Positions 50,773 through 62,179 of a stretch of 64,000 nt of DNA are shown here, in pieces. The notes below the pieces were generated by a model that was not told the origin of the DNA, did not search any database, and saw only the letters and a program-made list of their open reading frames with translations. The stretch is from Octopus vulgaris (taxonomy: Eukaryota). The stretch spans positions 38,874,001-38,938,000 of the forward strand of contig OX597833.1 in NCBI GenBank assembly GCA_951406725.2. Direction: 5' to 3'. Position numbers and translations under genes: made by a program. Numbering within the stretch: the first letter of the stretch is position 1; every line of letters starts with the position of its first letter.

Positions 50773-51913
50773 CTAGCTGGTGAACCCAGTAATTCTCGGG
50801 TTAGGGTTCTATTGAAATGCCTTATTACTCTGATATAAGAAAGCAATTTCATTATAACTGCCACAAAAGATGTATTTTCCATCACAAAAAAGTACAAAAA
50901 CTGTCAGCTGGAGGAGGGAGAGATTGTTGGAGGTTGGCGACAGGTTTTCGGAAGTTGGTGAGAGAAGTTGTTGGAGGTTGGCGAGAGGCAGACATTATTT
51001 TGCTTAGCGAAGGCATCTGGGAAATGTATAACTGTTGTCATTCACAGAAAAACTATTGTTTTACCATGAGAAAAGCAGTGTTGAAGTGCTAAGTGGAATT
51101 TGGCAATCGAGGATTGAATCTATGCTATGCCTGCATGAAGCCACTACAAATATGTTGTGAAATTAAAAAAATTATCTACTGTCATGGAAAAAGTGTAACT
51201 GTAGAAATACAGGATTTTCGGAGTAATGGGTATTCAAAAAAGTATGTATGTATAAAAATGTATGATTGAAGTCTTTAATGTTTAAGATTCAAATTAAGGA
51301 AGTGCAATAATAATGTTTAGCAGTTCAATACTGTGAATAGTGAAATGCAGAATTAGGTTGGCTGATCATAAGAATCAAATATTATTCACTTCGCTAAAAT
51401 CTGCAGGTGGTATGGGTTATTTCCCTTGGATTGTTTAAAGAAAACATTAGTAGTATGTAGTAGATAGAAGGATCCATTGGAAAGGCCCTATTATTGATTT
51501 TTTTCAACAATCTAAGAATGTCATGAGGTTTACAGACATGCGTTCTACTCACGTGTCAAATAAAGTATAAAAGTAATACTGTTTGCAAAAATTAGAAATT
51601 GGACACAGAAAAAATCATTATTCAAAGTAATCGAACATAAACAATGAAATGGGCTATTACCCTTGAGTTTTTAAAAAAATATTGTGCAGGTACTATGGGT
51701 TATTTCCCTTGGGTGTTTAAAAAAATTAGTTATATGAGATAGATATAAAGGTCCCTTCCATGGGTCGTATTATCGATTTTTTCAACAATCTAAGTATGTC
51801 ACAAGGTTTCCAGACAAGTATCAAATTTCATCAAAATCAATAAAATGATGTAGGAGGAGTTAACTAACAACGCCACAAACAAACACACAGCGATTTTTCA
51901 CATATGTAGTAGA
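50773..51913 (-). mobile_element. Non-autonomous Helitron with an internal ~135-bp duplication
   Basis: Minus strand A|TCTACTACATATG...aacccgagaattactgggtt (hairpin) caccagCTAG|T, inside (TA)n. Internal repeats at ~51402-51540 and ~51686-51817. Confidence 0.8.
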
Positions 51914-51953
51914 TATATATATATATATATATATATGTGTATGTATATATATA

Positions 51954-52300
51954 CTTTTACTTGTTTCCATCATTTGACTGCAGCCATATAGGACACCGCC
52001 TTTAGTCGAACAAATCAACACCAGGACTTATTTTTTGTAGGCCTACTACTTATTCTATCGGTGTCTTTTGCCAAACTTATAAGGGAACGTAAACACACCA
52101 ACATCAGTTGTCAAGTGATGGTGAGGGGACAAACACACACACACAAAGATACATATATATGTAAGACGAGCTTCTTTCAGTTTCCATCTACCAAATCCAC
52201 TCACAAAGCTTTGGTTGGCCCAAGGCTATAGTAGTGGGACTGAACACAGAACGATGTAGTTAGGAATCAAGCTTCTTACCACACAGCCATGCCTGCACCT
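51954..52300 (-). mobile_element. SINE family A1
   Basis: Reverse complement of the family consensus with a small internal deletion. Confidence 0.85.
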
Positions 52301-52569
52301 ATTCATACATACACACACACACACATATATATATATATATGCATGTATGCACATGTGTATGTATGTATGTTTGTCTTCCTGTCATGACATCACATAATTG
52401 TTGTAAATGAATGCCAATATTTTGCAAATTTCCATGGAGAAAAATAACCTGGGTTGCTAACAGGAGGGGCATCTAATTATAGAAAATCTGCCTCAATATA
52501 TTTGATAATCTTCTATTTCAGTCAGTACCTATATTATATGTGCAAACTTGGCTGTATACAAAATGGTAA

Positions 52570-52770
52570 AGTTAGCTTCCTGAGTCATGCCGACTCATAA
52601 GCGCCAGTTTCCTGATTTCCATGATGTAAAATTTGCCAGCTGAGTGGACTGGAGCAATGTGAAACAAAGTGTTCTGCTCAGAGAACACAATGTGTCACCG
52701 AATCCAGGAATTCAAACCACAATCTTACGATCATGAGTTCAACACCCTAGCCACTAAGCTACACACCTCC
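52570..52770 (-). mobile_element. tRNA-derived SINE, V-domain-like, diverged
   Basis: Minus strand ggaggtgtgtagcttagtggctagggtg...ggtttgaattcctgga...ccagtccactcagctg...ggaaatcaggaaactgg. Confidence 0.6.
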
Positions 52771-53034
52771 AAGCTTGGCAGTATGGTTAAGAAGTTTACT
52801 TTGCAGCCAAGTGGTTTTGAATTCAGTCACACTACATGACATCTAGGGCCCAGGGTCAACCAATACCTTGTGAGTGAAATTAGCAGACAGAAATTGTAGA
52901 AGTCCATCCTACATATTTATATCTATCTATCTATCTATATATATATATAAAGACCCCCTTCAGTCATAAATAACCGTGATTGCACCTACAAAGTTACCCT
53001 CCATGGCACAAGTCTGGGTAAAGTTGTTCTTGTA

Positions 53035-53515
53035 GAGCGGCCTTTCCTCTTGTCCTTGATGTCTTGGGATAAAAATTGGCCCTATCTCATCTTGTATGAG
53101 GGATACCAAATGTCTTCATTCATGCACTACCTGCCTGAGAAGAAACTCAGACACTCCTTGGAGGTATCACTGTCAATAATGGCCTGAATCTCACCAACAA
53201 ATTCAGTTCATTTCTTATCAGAATAATCAGAGAGAGTTTTCTGAACTTCCGCCAAATCTTTTCAAATCCTCTGCACTGTCCTCAGATTGACACCCAAACA
53301 CCCTGAAATGTTCATATAGGAGCTTCCAATATGACTGCCAAGCTGTGCAGTATGTCGTTTCCAAATTTCTAGCAGGGTAAATGGTGCTGTTTTTCTCACA
53401 GATGGTACCCAACTGACTCTACTATATTGCATAGTCGACAAAATCAGAAACAAACAATGCGCATGCATGAAATTAAAAGTATAAAATGGCGACAATATAT
53501 CCATCTCACCCTGTA
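53035..53515 (-). mobile_element. DD37D (maT) relic, 5' part with TIR
   Basis: Reverse complement matches 40546-41040; terminus ta|cagggtgagatgg. Confidence 0.8.
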
Positions 53516-53961
53516 TATATATATATATGTGTGTGTGTGTGAGTGTATAAAAATTTATATGCGACGAGAAGACCACCATGTGGACTTTTTACATGCTAAA
53601 GAGGGCAATCAAATCCCAAACTACGAAAAAACATTATTTATGGCACATTGCTTGTAGGCGAGCAGGACACTTGAATGAATAGAAATCTCAGTTTTTTTCT
53701 GTGTTAGAATGGGCTAGGTGCGTTGTTTTACAGCTAAATTCTCTTCTTGTTACAAATCTTTAACTATGTAGCAAGGAATTTTTTGTACCACATCAAAAGC
53801 CTTCAGAAAAAATCTCACCTGAAAGTCAATTCCACATCAAGAGATAACAACATGGAAAAAAAGGGTTGGCAACAGGAAGGGCATCCTGCTATAGAAAATT
53901 TGCCTCAACAAATCCTGTCAAACCTATGTGAGCATGGAAAAGTAAATGTTGAAATGATGAT

Positions 53962-56553
53962 CCTGTCTTCATCTTTTGTTTTTCAGTGAATTTCAACTAT
54001 ATATTATACACTCACGTGGTTACCCCAGTTTGATCCTAACTGATCATCCTACTCTTTGGATTTGTCTATCTGAACCACTTCATAAACTTTCAGCACCTCT
54101 CCTCATTCACATACTAGCACTCCACTGAGATTACCACTGGATTAACTGACTCTACCTTCACAGATTTTTTTCATTGATGTAAACTTTTGCAGGCATCCCT
54201 GACATTTTAACATATCTCAGCCCTTCAATGTCTCTGACGCTGCAAAGATATCATCATAAAACTGACTAACAAGGTTGGAGCTATTGGGGTTTGGTGCACA
54301 GACCTTTACAAGACTGAAGCTCTCCACCAACTTGATACCTCCTTCTACTGCCCTCTGCTCTCCAACCCTACACCTAACTATCAACAGACTGCATCCTCTA
54401 TTATTCAAGACCTCGTTTCCTCCTCCAACCTCATTATCTGCAATCCACGCACCCCCACTATTTATTTATTTCCCAAAATTCACAAGCCCAACAAACCTGG
54501 CTACCCCATCACCTCTGCCTGCAACTGCCCTACGGAAATGATCACCTAATACCTCGACCATGTCCTTGTGCCCCTAGTGGCTTCCCTCCCCTCCCACATC
54601 CATGCTCTCCAGCTCTTTAACACTTTCTTCTTCCCTTCTGGCCCCTCTAAATTGATATCAAGAGTCTATATACAGTGATCCCACACAAGGACTTCTTGCC
54701 CTGAACCCAACCCCCAAACTGACACATCCACACTTCTTCATCTGGCTGAACTTGTTCTCTCCCTAAACTGTTCATTTGCAGGGGATTTTTACCAACAGTT
54801 GTTGGGAATGGCCATGGGAATGAGAATGAGCCTCCACCCCACAACTATGCAAACTTGTTCGTTGGCTACGTTGAAGCCCAAATATTCTCACAATTCACTG
54901 GTCCCACTCCCAAACTATATGGTCATTATATCGATGACTGTATTGGCATGACCTCACTCTCCCGCAAACAACTAGACTCCTTCCTCTAGAATTTTCCTAC
55001 ATTATCTCTAACTCTTGTATCGAATTTCTCAACATTTCTATCAGAATACACCATTCCACTCTCACTACCGCCATCCACTACAAACACACTGACTCACACT
55101 CCTACCCTACCCACACCAAGCTCTCCATCCCCTACTCCCAATTCCTCCATCTGCGCAGACTCTGCAGTAACAACCATGACTTTGAAACTCAGTCTCAACT
55201 CATGGTTCGCCACTTCATCCTGCATGGATATCCCCTTACCACTATCCACACTATTTTTGCCAGAGCACGATCTGTGGACTGTGCCTCTGCTCTTTCTCCT
55301 TACACCCACCCCACCGTTGCCCGTCTCCCCTCACCTACCACCCCTCCAACACACCATTCCTTAAGCCTGCTAGCGACTCCAGTCCAACTCCTCCACCTCA
55401 AACATCCTCCCCAACCTACCCCTTCCCTCTTTCAAATGAGCCCATGACCTATGTGACTTCCTGGTCCACAGTTTCTTCCCTAACTCCACCTCCCAGCCTG
55501 GCTCATTCCCCTGCTTCTTCTCCAACATCACCATCCTCAGAGACACCCATCATCCCATCATCATACCTATCACATCACCGACTCCTTTACCTGCACTTCT
55601 GGTAACATCATTTACTGCATCTCCTTCTCTCTCTGTCCGTCCCTGCACATCAGTCAAATGGGACGCCACCTGACTGGATCATGGAGCACTTCTGAGACAT
55701 CAGACTTGGCAATGACACCCCGGTCTCACACCATTTCCGCTGTACTGGACATTCACTACAACAGCTGTCTATGTTCGGATTGTCTTTGCATAGAGGCCAT
55801 CTGGACTACTGCCTTCGCCATAAACAGGAATTAATCTTATCTCTTTGCACCACATGGGCTCAAATCACCTCCTCTCTTCATTTGATACCAACCCCACACC
55901 ACACATAATCTTCAATAGTGTCACCACACATATCACTATATATGAACAGCCACACACACTGTTTTACTCAGTACACACACCATCATGCAAACTCTCGCAC
56001 CCACACAAGCACATAATACTTGAACACAGACAATACATACTCCCATGCACACACAAATACATAATAGCTGAACACAGGCTATATACACACATACACACAC
56101 ATTAACACATGCAACATACAAAGATAACTTCGCTCACATATACACCATACCCATGCACACTGTTTGGTCAGACACACACGTGCACACACCATGTTAAAAA
56201 GCACACATCAACTGCTATACACAACCACACACATCAGTCACTCGCCCCTATCCACACACCATTCTCACATACACGCAAACCTTCTCTTGTTGGGATCACT
56301 AGCACTTTATCTCCCTACATTCAACCTCTTTTTTTTATTAACTCCTCTTCTTTCAACCTCTTTTTTTTCCAATCATTTGCCATGTTGGACCACTGAAATC
56401 TACAAGTTTTTTTTTCATTCTCTCAATGTTTGTCTTCTCTTATTCCTTTTTGTTGAAGAGTGGAGGCTCAAAATGTAAAAGACTTTTTCATTTTTCCCAA
56501 GCATCAAACTAATACACTTGCTTGTCTTTTGTTTTTCAATAAATTTCATCTAT
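53962..56553 (+). mobile_element. Penelope-like retroelement with direct pseudo-LTR remnants
   Basis: The pLTR end tcttttgtttttca.t.aatttca.ctata occurs both upstream (53962-54000) and downstream (56520-56553) of the ORF. Confidence 0.75.
54140..55866 (+). pseudogene. Penelope-like element ORF relic: reverse transcriptase plus GIY-YIG endonuclease (Neptune-like)
   Basis: Motifs in order: IYLFPKIHKPNKPGYPI, IDIKSLYTVIPH, FYQQLLGMAMG, NYANLFVGYVE, HYIDD, IHYKHTDSHSY, IPYSQFLHLRRLCS, FTCTSGNIIYCIS..C..LHISQ.GR, GL(N). Many stops and frameshifts. Confidence 0.9.
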
Positions 56554-56554
56554 A

Positions 56555-56921
56555 GGAGCAGGAATTGGTGTGTGGTTAGTATCTTGCTTACCAACCACAT
56601 GGTCGTGCGTTTAGTCCCACTGCATGGCACCTTGGGCAAATGTCTTCTACTATAGCCTTGGGTCAACCAGAGCCTTGTGAGTGAATTTGGTAGATGGAAA
56701 CTGAAAGAAGCCTGTCATATATATATATGTTTGTTGTTTGTGTTTGTCCCCCCGCCATTGCTTGACAATTGAAGCTGGTGTGTTTATGTCCCTGTAACTT
56801 AGTGGTTTGGCAAAAGAGACCAACAGAATAAGTACTAGGCTTGCAAAGAATAAGTCCTGGGGTCGATTTGTTCAACTAAAGGCAGTGCTCCAGCATAGCC
56901 GCAGTCAAATGACGGAAAAAA
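56555..56921 (+). mobile_element. SINE family A1
   Basis: Colinear with 42074-42484. Confidence 0.9.
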
Positions 56922-56954
56922 GTTATAGATATATATATATATGTATATAGTTTG

Positions 56955-57405
56955 GTTTTGTCATGTGATGCAGATGGATGCCAAGAGCTCCATAAAGAAG
57001 TGCTGATCATTCAAAGTAGATGGATCACGTGGGAGACCCAGGAAGACATGGGATGAAGTACCGAAGGACCTTATGATGCTGAACTTTTCAGGTGAGATGA
57101 CAAAGGAGTGAGATGCCTGGTGCCTTACTATACTTAAGAAGACCTGTACTATGCAGTAGAAGTGTTAAGGTTGGTCCCTCTGGTGGTGAAAAACACTTGT
57201 GTCAGCACCACATAGACGTGCCCATGCAGTGCCATGTTAAAAGCACTCAGCACACTCTCTGAAGTGGTTGGCATTAGGAAGGGCATCTAGTCATAGAAAC
57301 CATGCCAAATCAGATTGGAGTCTGGTGCAGCTCCCCAGCTCTGGTCAAACCATCCAAACCATGCCAGCATGGATAACGGACATTAAATAATGATGATGAT
57401 GATGA
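56955..57405 (+). mobile_element. RTE LINE 3' end
   Basis: Translates ...DGSRGRPRKTWDEV..., followed by the RTE tail and (GAT)n. Confidence 0.8.
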
Positions 57406-57785
57406 TATATATATATATATATATAGACTTCAGCCATGTAACAACAAGCACATTTTTTTCAGCCTATTCTTTCCTCTTTCTGACAAAAAAATCATACTTG
57501 AAATGTCACACTCCTTTTTTTTTTTCCATCTTAAACTGAGTGTCAACCTAATTAATATATTAACTGTATATGTCCTTTTGACATTTGTTGTTTTTAATTT
57601 TAGTTTGCCTAGAGTCAGTTGCCTCCCCTATCAGCATGTGTGTATACTTACTCTGCTCCTCCTACAGCATTAAGAGTATTTTAACTCTTATTTCTAGCAA
57701 TGTAGGTGCTCCAGAACCCTTAGTGACGATTGAATTTTTCCTTTATGATATCACATTGCACCTAGCTGTTTATATTAATTTATTT

Positions 57786-57840
<55 letters not shown>

Positions 57841-57841
<1 letters not shown>

Positions 57842-58678
57842 TACTAACTTGGTCACCCAGGTAGCGGAAACTATCAACTACTTCTAGTTTCTCCCCCTGG
57901 AGTGTGATGGAATCTGTTTTCTGAGTATTTTTCTGACACCACAAATACTCAGAAAACAGATTCCATCACACTCCAGGGGAGAAACTAGAAGTAGTTGATA
58001 GTTTCCGCTACCTGGGTGACCAAGTTAGTAGTGGAGGTGGATGCTCAGAGAGTGTCACCACTAGAATACGAATAGCCTGGGCAAAGTTTAGAAAGCTCCT
58101 ACCCCTACTGGCGACAAAGGGTCTCTCACTCAGAGTGAAAGGTAGATTGTATGATGCATGTGTGCGAACTGTCATGCTTCCGGCACCAGTTCCGCATAGA
58201 CCCTACCCATTCAAAGTACCTTGGATCCCAGAACATCTCGCTGTGCTTGAGGAGACCTGTTGAGTCAAGTGCATGTACATGAACATCGAAACAAATATCA
58301 ATGGAAATAGTAGTTGTGATACCTGTGCCGGTGGCACATAAAAAGCACCATCCGAACGTGGCCGTTGCCAGTGCTGCCTCGACTGGCTTCTGTGCCGGTG
58401 GCACATAAAAAGCACCATTCGAACGTGGCCGATGCCAGCACCACCTTGGCTGGCTTCCGTGCCGGTGGCACGTTAAAAACACCAACCGATCATGGCCGAT
58501 GCCTGGCACGTAAAAAACACCCACTACACTCGCAGAGTGGTTGGCGTTAGGAAGGGCATCCAGCTGTAGAAACACTGCCAGATCAGACTGGAGCCTGGGG
58601 CAGCCCCTGGCTTCCCAATCCCCGGTCGAACCGTCCAACCCGTGCTAGCATAGAAAACGGACGTTAAACGATGATGAT
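57841..58678 (+). mobile_element. Young internally deleted RTE copy with a 5' fold-back duplication, inside (TA)n
   Basis: RT segment LEVVDSFRYLGDQVSSGGGCSESVTTRIRIAWAKFRKLLPLLATKGLSLRVKGRLYDACVRTVML jumps to the 3' UTR. Arms 57841-57930 / 57943-58031 differ by 1 indel. Confidence 0.9.
58323..58522 (+). repeat. 67-bp tandem repeat in the RTE 3' UTR
   Basis: Units start at 58323, 58390 and 58457, plus a partial fourth; each has gtgccggtggcacRtaaaaa(g/a)cacc. Confidence 0.9.
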
Positions 58679-58935
58679 ATATATATATATAGCATTTCCA
58701 TGATCTTTTCTGCTATTTAAATTGCATTGCCAAAGCAACAAAGGATGACATTAGATTTGGTTATTTAAAAAACTAAAACCTTACTTCAAATGTAGTTTTG
58801 TTGCTCCAGTAGATAAGTAACAACGAATTCTTTTTATGATTTTACAAATTGGCCATAGTTTCATAAGATTTCATGTTTTTCAGATGCTTTCTTGATATTT
58901 TGGGGATTATTAATGACTGGATCGCTATTTGGAGT

Positions 58936-59162
58936 TTAACCCTTTAGTATTTAAACCGGCCATATCCGGCCAAAATAGTTAATCTGTTTTATGTTCAAAC
59001 TGACCAGATCCAGGCTCTCACACCTACCCTACAATGTTATTCTACATTAAGTAATTACACCATCAAGATCTTGAAGATATGAGATAATGCATGATTAATT
59101 CAAATCAATGTGAATCAATAAGCATTATGTTTGATAGAATAATCTGAACACTAAAGGGTTAA
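58936..59162 (+). mobile_element. piggyBac-type MITE, 219 bp plus TTAA TSDs
   Basis: Four substitutions relative to 4882-5108. Confidence 0.9.
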
Positions 59163-59737
59163 TGACCCACAGATTGAGGTGAACATTTACAGACATAATT
59201 TGATGATCAAAGAGTGCTCCAGAAACAACTAATCCACTCTCAGTTTTAAAATAAATAACCAAGTTGAGCTTTTGAGCCATTTTAGGTAAGTGTATTCTCA
59301 AAACTAATCATTTTTTTAGTTTGGAAACTTGCATGTACATATTGGCTTTTCTTATTTGTTGATTTGCAAAATACATTTTTCCTTTTCATTACCAATTTGT
59401 ACATTCCTAACTCCTCCTAAGATGTTATGTTTGGTATTTGCCAAATGAGAAAAACTCATGATAGAAGTCTACAACTTCATTTTCATCACATGCATCAAGT
59501 GAAACTGCAGCAGGAGTACAGGGATTCCTACTGAAAGCGACAATTTTCATTCTAAGGGAAGGATCTTTTATCTGCTATTTAATGACTTGACTTTAATGCC
59601 AGACATTAAGATGCTACTAGTGGCATTGGTTTCTATGTTACCGTTAGAAAAACAGAATTAATTCATAAGAAAGAAATTGGAAGTTACAATTAACCCAGCA
59701 TCTGGAAACTCAATAAAATCAGTAAATTCTTCCTACA

Positions 59738-60108
59738 GACATGGCAATGTGGTAAAATATTACCTTCCCAACCAGGTGGTTCCAGGTTTAGTCCCACTGC
59801 ATAGCATCTTGGGCTAATGTCTTCTATTATAGCCTTAATCTGACCAAAGCCTTGTGAGTAGATTTGGTAGACGGCAACTGAAACAAACCCATCGTATATG
59901 TGTGTGTGTGTGTCTGTGTTTGTCCCCCACTGCTGCTTGACAATCAGTGATGGTTTGTTTACGTCCACGTAACTTAGTGGTTCAGCAAAGAAACTGATAG
60001 AATAAATACTAGACTTAAAAATAAGTGCTGGGATTGATTCATTCGACTAACAATTCATCAAGGTGGTGCCCCAGTATAATGACTGAAACAAATAAAAGAT
60101 AAAAAAGA
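59738..60108 (+). mobile_element. SINE family A1, diverged
   Basis: Colinear with the family consensus. Confidence 0.8.
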
Positions 60109-60309
60109 TATACATCAAGACCAACAGTATTTAGTGATACTATGTTATTCCCAGATGATATTAAGCAAAGCACAGGTAGCATTTAAGATCCCAGCTTAAT
60201 ATAGAAATTTAACACAGAGAATTTATCTGCACAGAGAATGTGCTACTTAATGGCTCTTCTATTTGGGACACTAACCAAACAGCTTGAAACTATGCTGGAT
60301 GGCAACTAT

Positions 60310-61986
60310 ATGTGCCATCACAAGAGATGTAGTGGAATTACAGACAGACTAGTAGGGAACATACATTCTGTATTTGATAGATGCACTGGAGCAGTATGTA
60401 ATGTGAAGACCCAGGAAATAGATGATCTTGAATGCTAGGATGGTTCGCTAGTAAAAGTTGATAGCTTTTGTTACCTAAAAGATGTAATTAGTAAAGGAAG
60501 TGGCTGCTTTGAAAGTATAGCAGCCCAAGTAAGAATGAGATGGAGAAAGTGCAGGGAGCTACTACCATCGTTGGTAACAAAGGTAAATTTCCATAGTTTA
60601 ACGGCTAGATTATAAGATGTTTGTGTCAGAATTGCAATACTGCATAGTGGTAGGACAAGGGCCTTAAGAATAGAGAATTTAAGAGGACTAGAAAGAAATG
60701 AAAGGAACATGGTCCACTGGACGTGCAATGTAAATGTAACTGAACAGCACAGTATAAATGTGCCAAGATAAAAACTGGGTATAAGAGGAATCAGATGTAG
60801 TGTATAAAAAAGAAGATTGTGTTTGTATGGACATGTGATGCATATGGATGAGGACAGATGTATTAAGAAATGCTGATCCCTAATTGTCACTGGAGCTTGT
60901 GGAAGAAGGAAAACTAAGAAGATATTGAATGAAGTGGTGAAAGCTGATCTCATGACTTTGAACTTCATGGGTGAAATAACTAAGGACCAGGATGGTGATA
61001 TGAGGTTGAGGTAATCTTTGAAATTGACTTCAGGAAGTATTGTGTGCGTATAAATGCACAAATGGGCACTTCCACCCTATCTCCTCCGAATATCCCCCCC
61101 TGTCTAATCATCATTTCTCTCACTGTGTCTCTCATCCCCCTTGTGACTATCCTATTTTTCTTGCTACCTGGAAATATTTCACTTGTTAGCCATTCTTCAT
61201 CCATTATAATAGTTTTCCTTGCCCACATTAGTAATTCCCCATCCACTACTTAACCACCAAATTATCTCCTCTTGTGCATTTTGCCTGCCTCTCTCCTCAC
61301 CCCACTCCTGTAGCCTACCCAACCAGATACCATCTCTCTCTTGTCCTCCTCCCTGTAAACTGTACCATCATTACTATCACTACTACTATGCTTCCACTCA
61401 CCCCTTCTCACTTCTACATCCCTCAATCTTTCCCCAACTCATGCATCATTAATCAGCCATCACTCCCTGCATCCACCCTTCAATCTTATCCAATCTTTAA
61501 AGCTGTTGCCTCCCTCCTATCTCCACTTTCTTTCCCCCCACACTTGTACACTCTTGCAAATATGCAATTTCCAAAGTCCTTTGTCCCAACACACTCACCT
61601 GATACTTTGAGGAGACACCTGTACTTGCAACTCTTACTAATTATTCTCTCACCCAGAGGTAAGTAACCATATAGCTCCTCTTCAAGAACCTGCTTCCCTC
61701 CCGCCTTCCTTTCTTTCATACTTCAATACCCTTGTCTCCTTGCACAAATGCCCCCCTTCCCCTGCCACAGATTCTGTACTCTTGCAAGCTGCATTGGTGA
61801 CCTTACAGGTGCTTGTGGCACAAAAAAAAAAAGCACCCAGTACATGCTGTAAAGTAGTTGGCATTAGGAAGTGAATCCAACCACAGAACATACCAAAGCA
61901 GATACAGGAGTGTAACAGTCCTCGGACTCATCACCATCCCACTCATAACAGGATGGAACATAGACATTAAATGATGATGATGATGA
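60310..61986 (+). mobile_element. Decayed RTE-clade LINE 3' part
   Basis: HKRCSGI..RL Cys/His segment, then VDSFCYLKDVISKGSGCFESIAAQVRMRWRKCRELLP to ~61020, a pyrimidine-rich UTR at 61050-61770, and the RTE tail with (GAT)n. Confidence 0.8.
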
Positions 61987-62179
61987 GCACACATTATGCC
62001 ATTTTAAATAAGAACACTCCCATCAAAGAGCTACATAATTAGCTTCCTTGTGTGTCAGGCAAACATCAATGTAGGGTTCACTTTGCTGGACATTGCACGT
62101 GAACTATTGTACATTCAGAGACAATAAAAGCTAATGTGATCATCTGTTGTTTATGGATATCTTTTTTTAATTTTCTTTT

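Noticed and set aside
58323-58522. CRISPR-like repeat-spacer array
   Set aside because: The intervening segments are homologous to each other, the context is a eukaryotic LINE UTR, and there are no cas genes.
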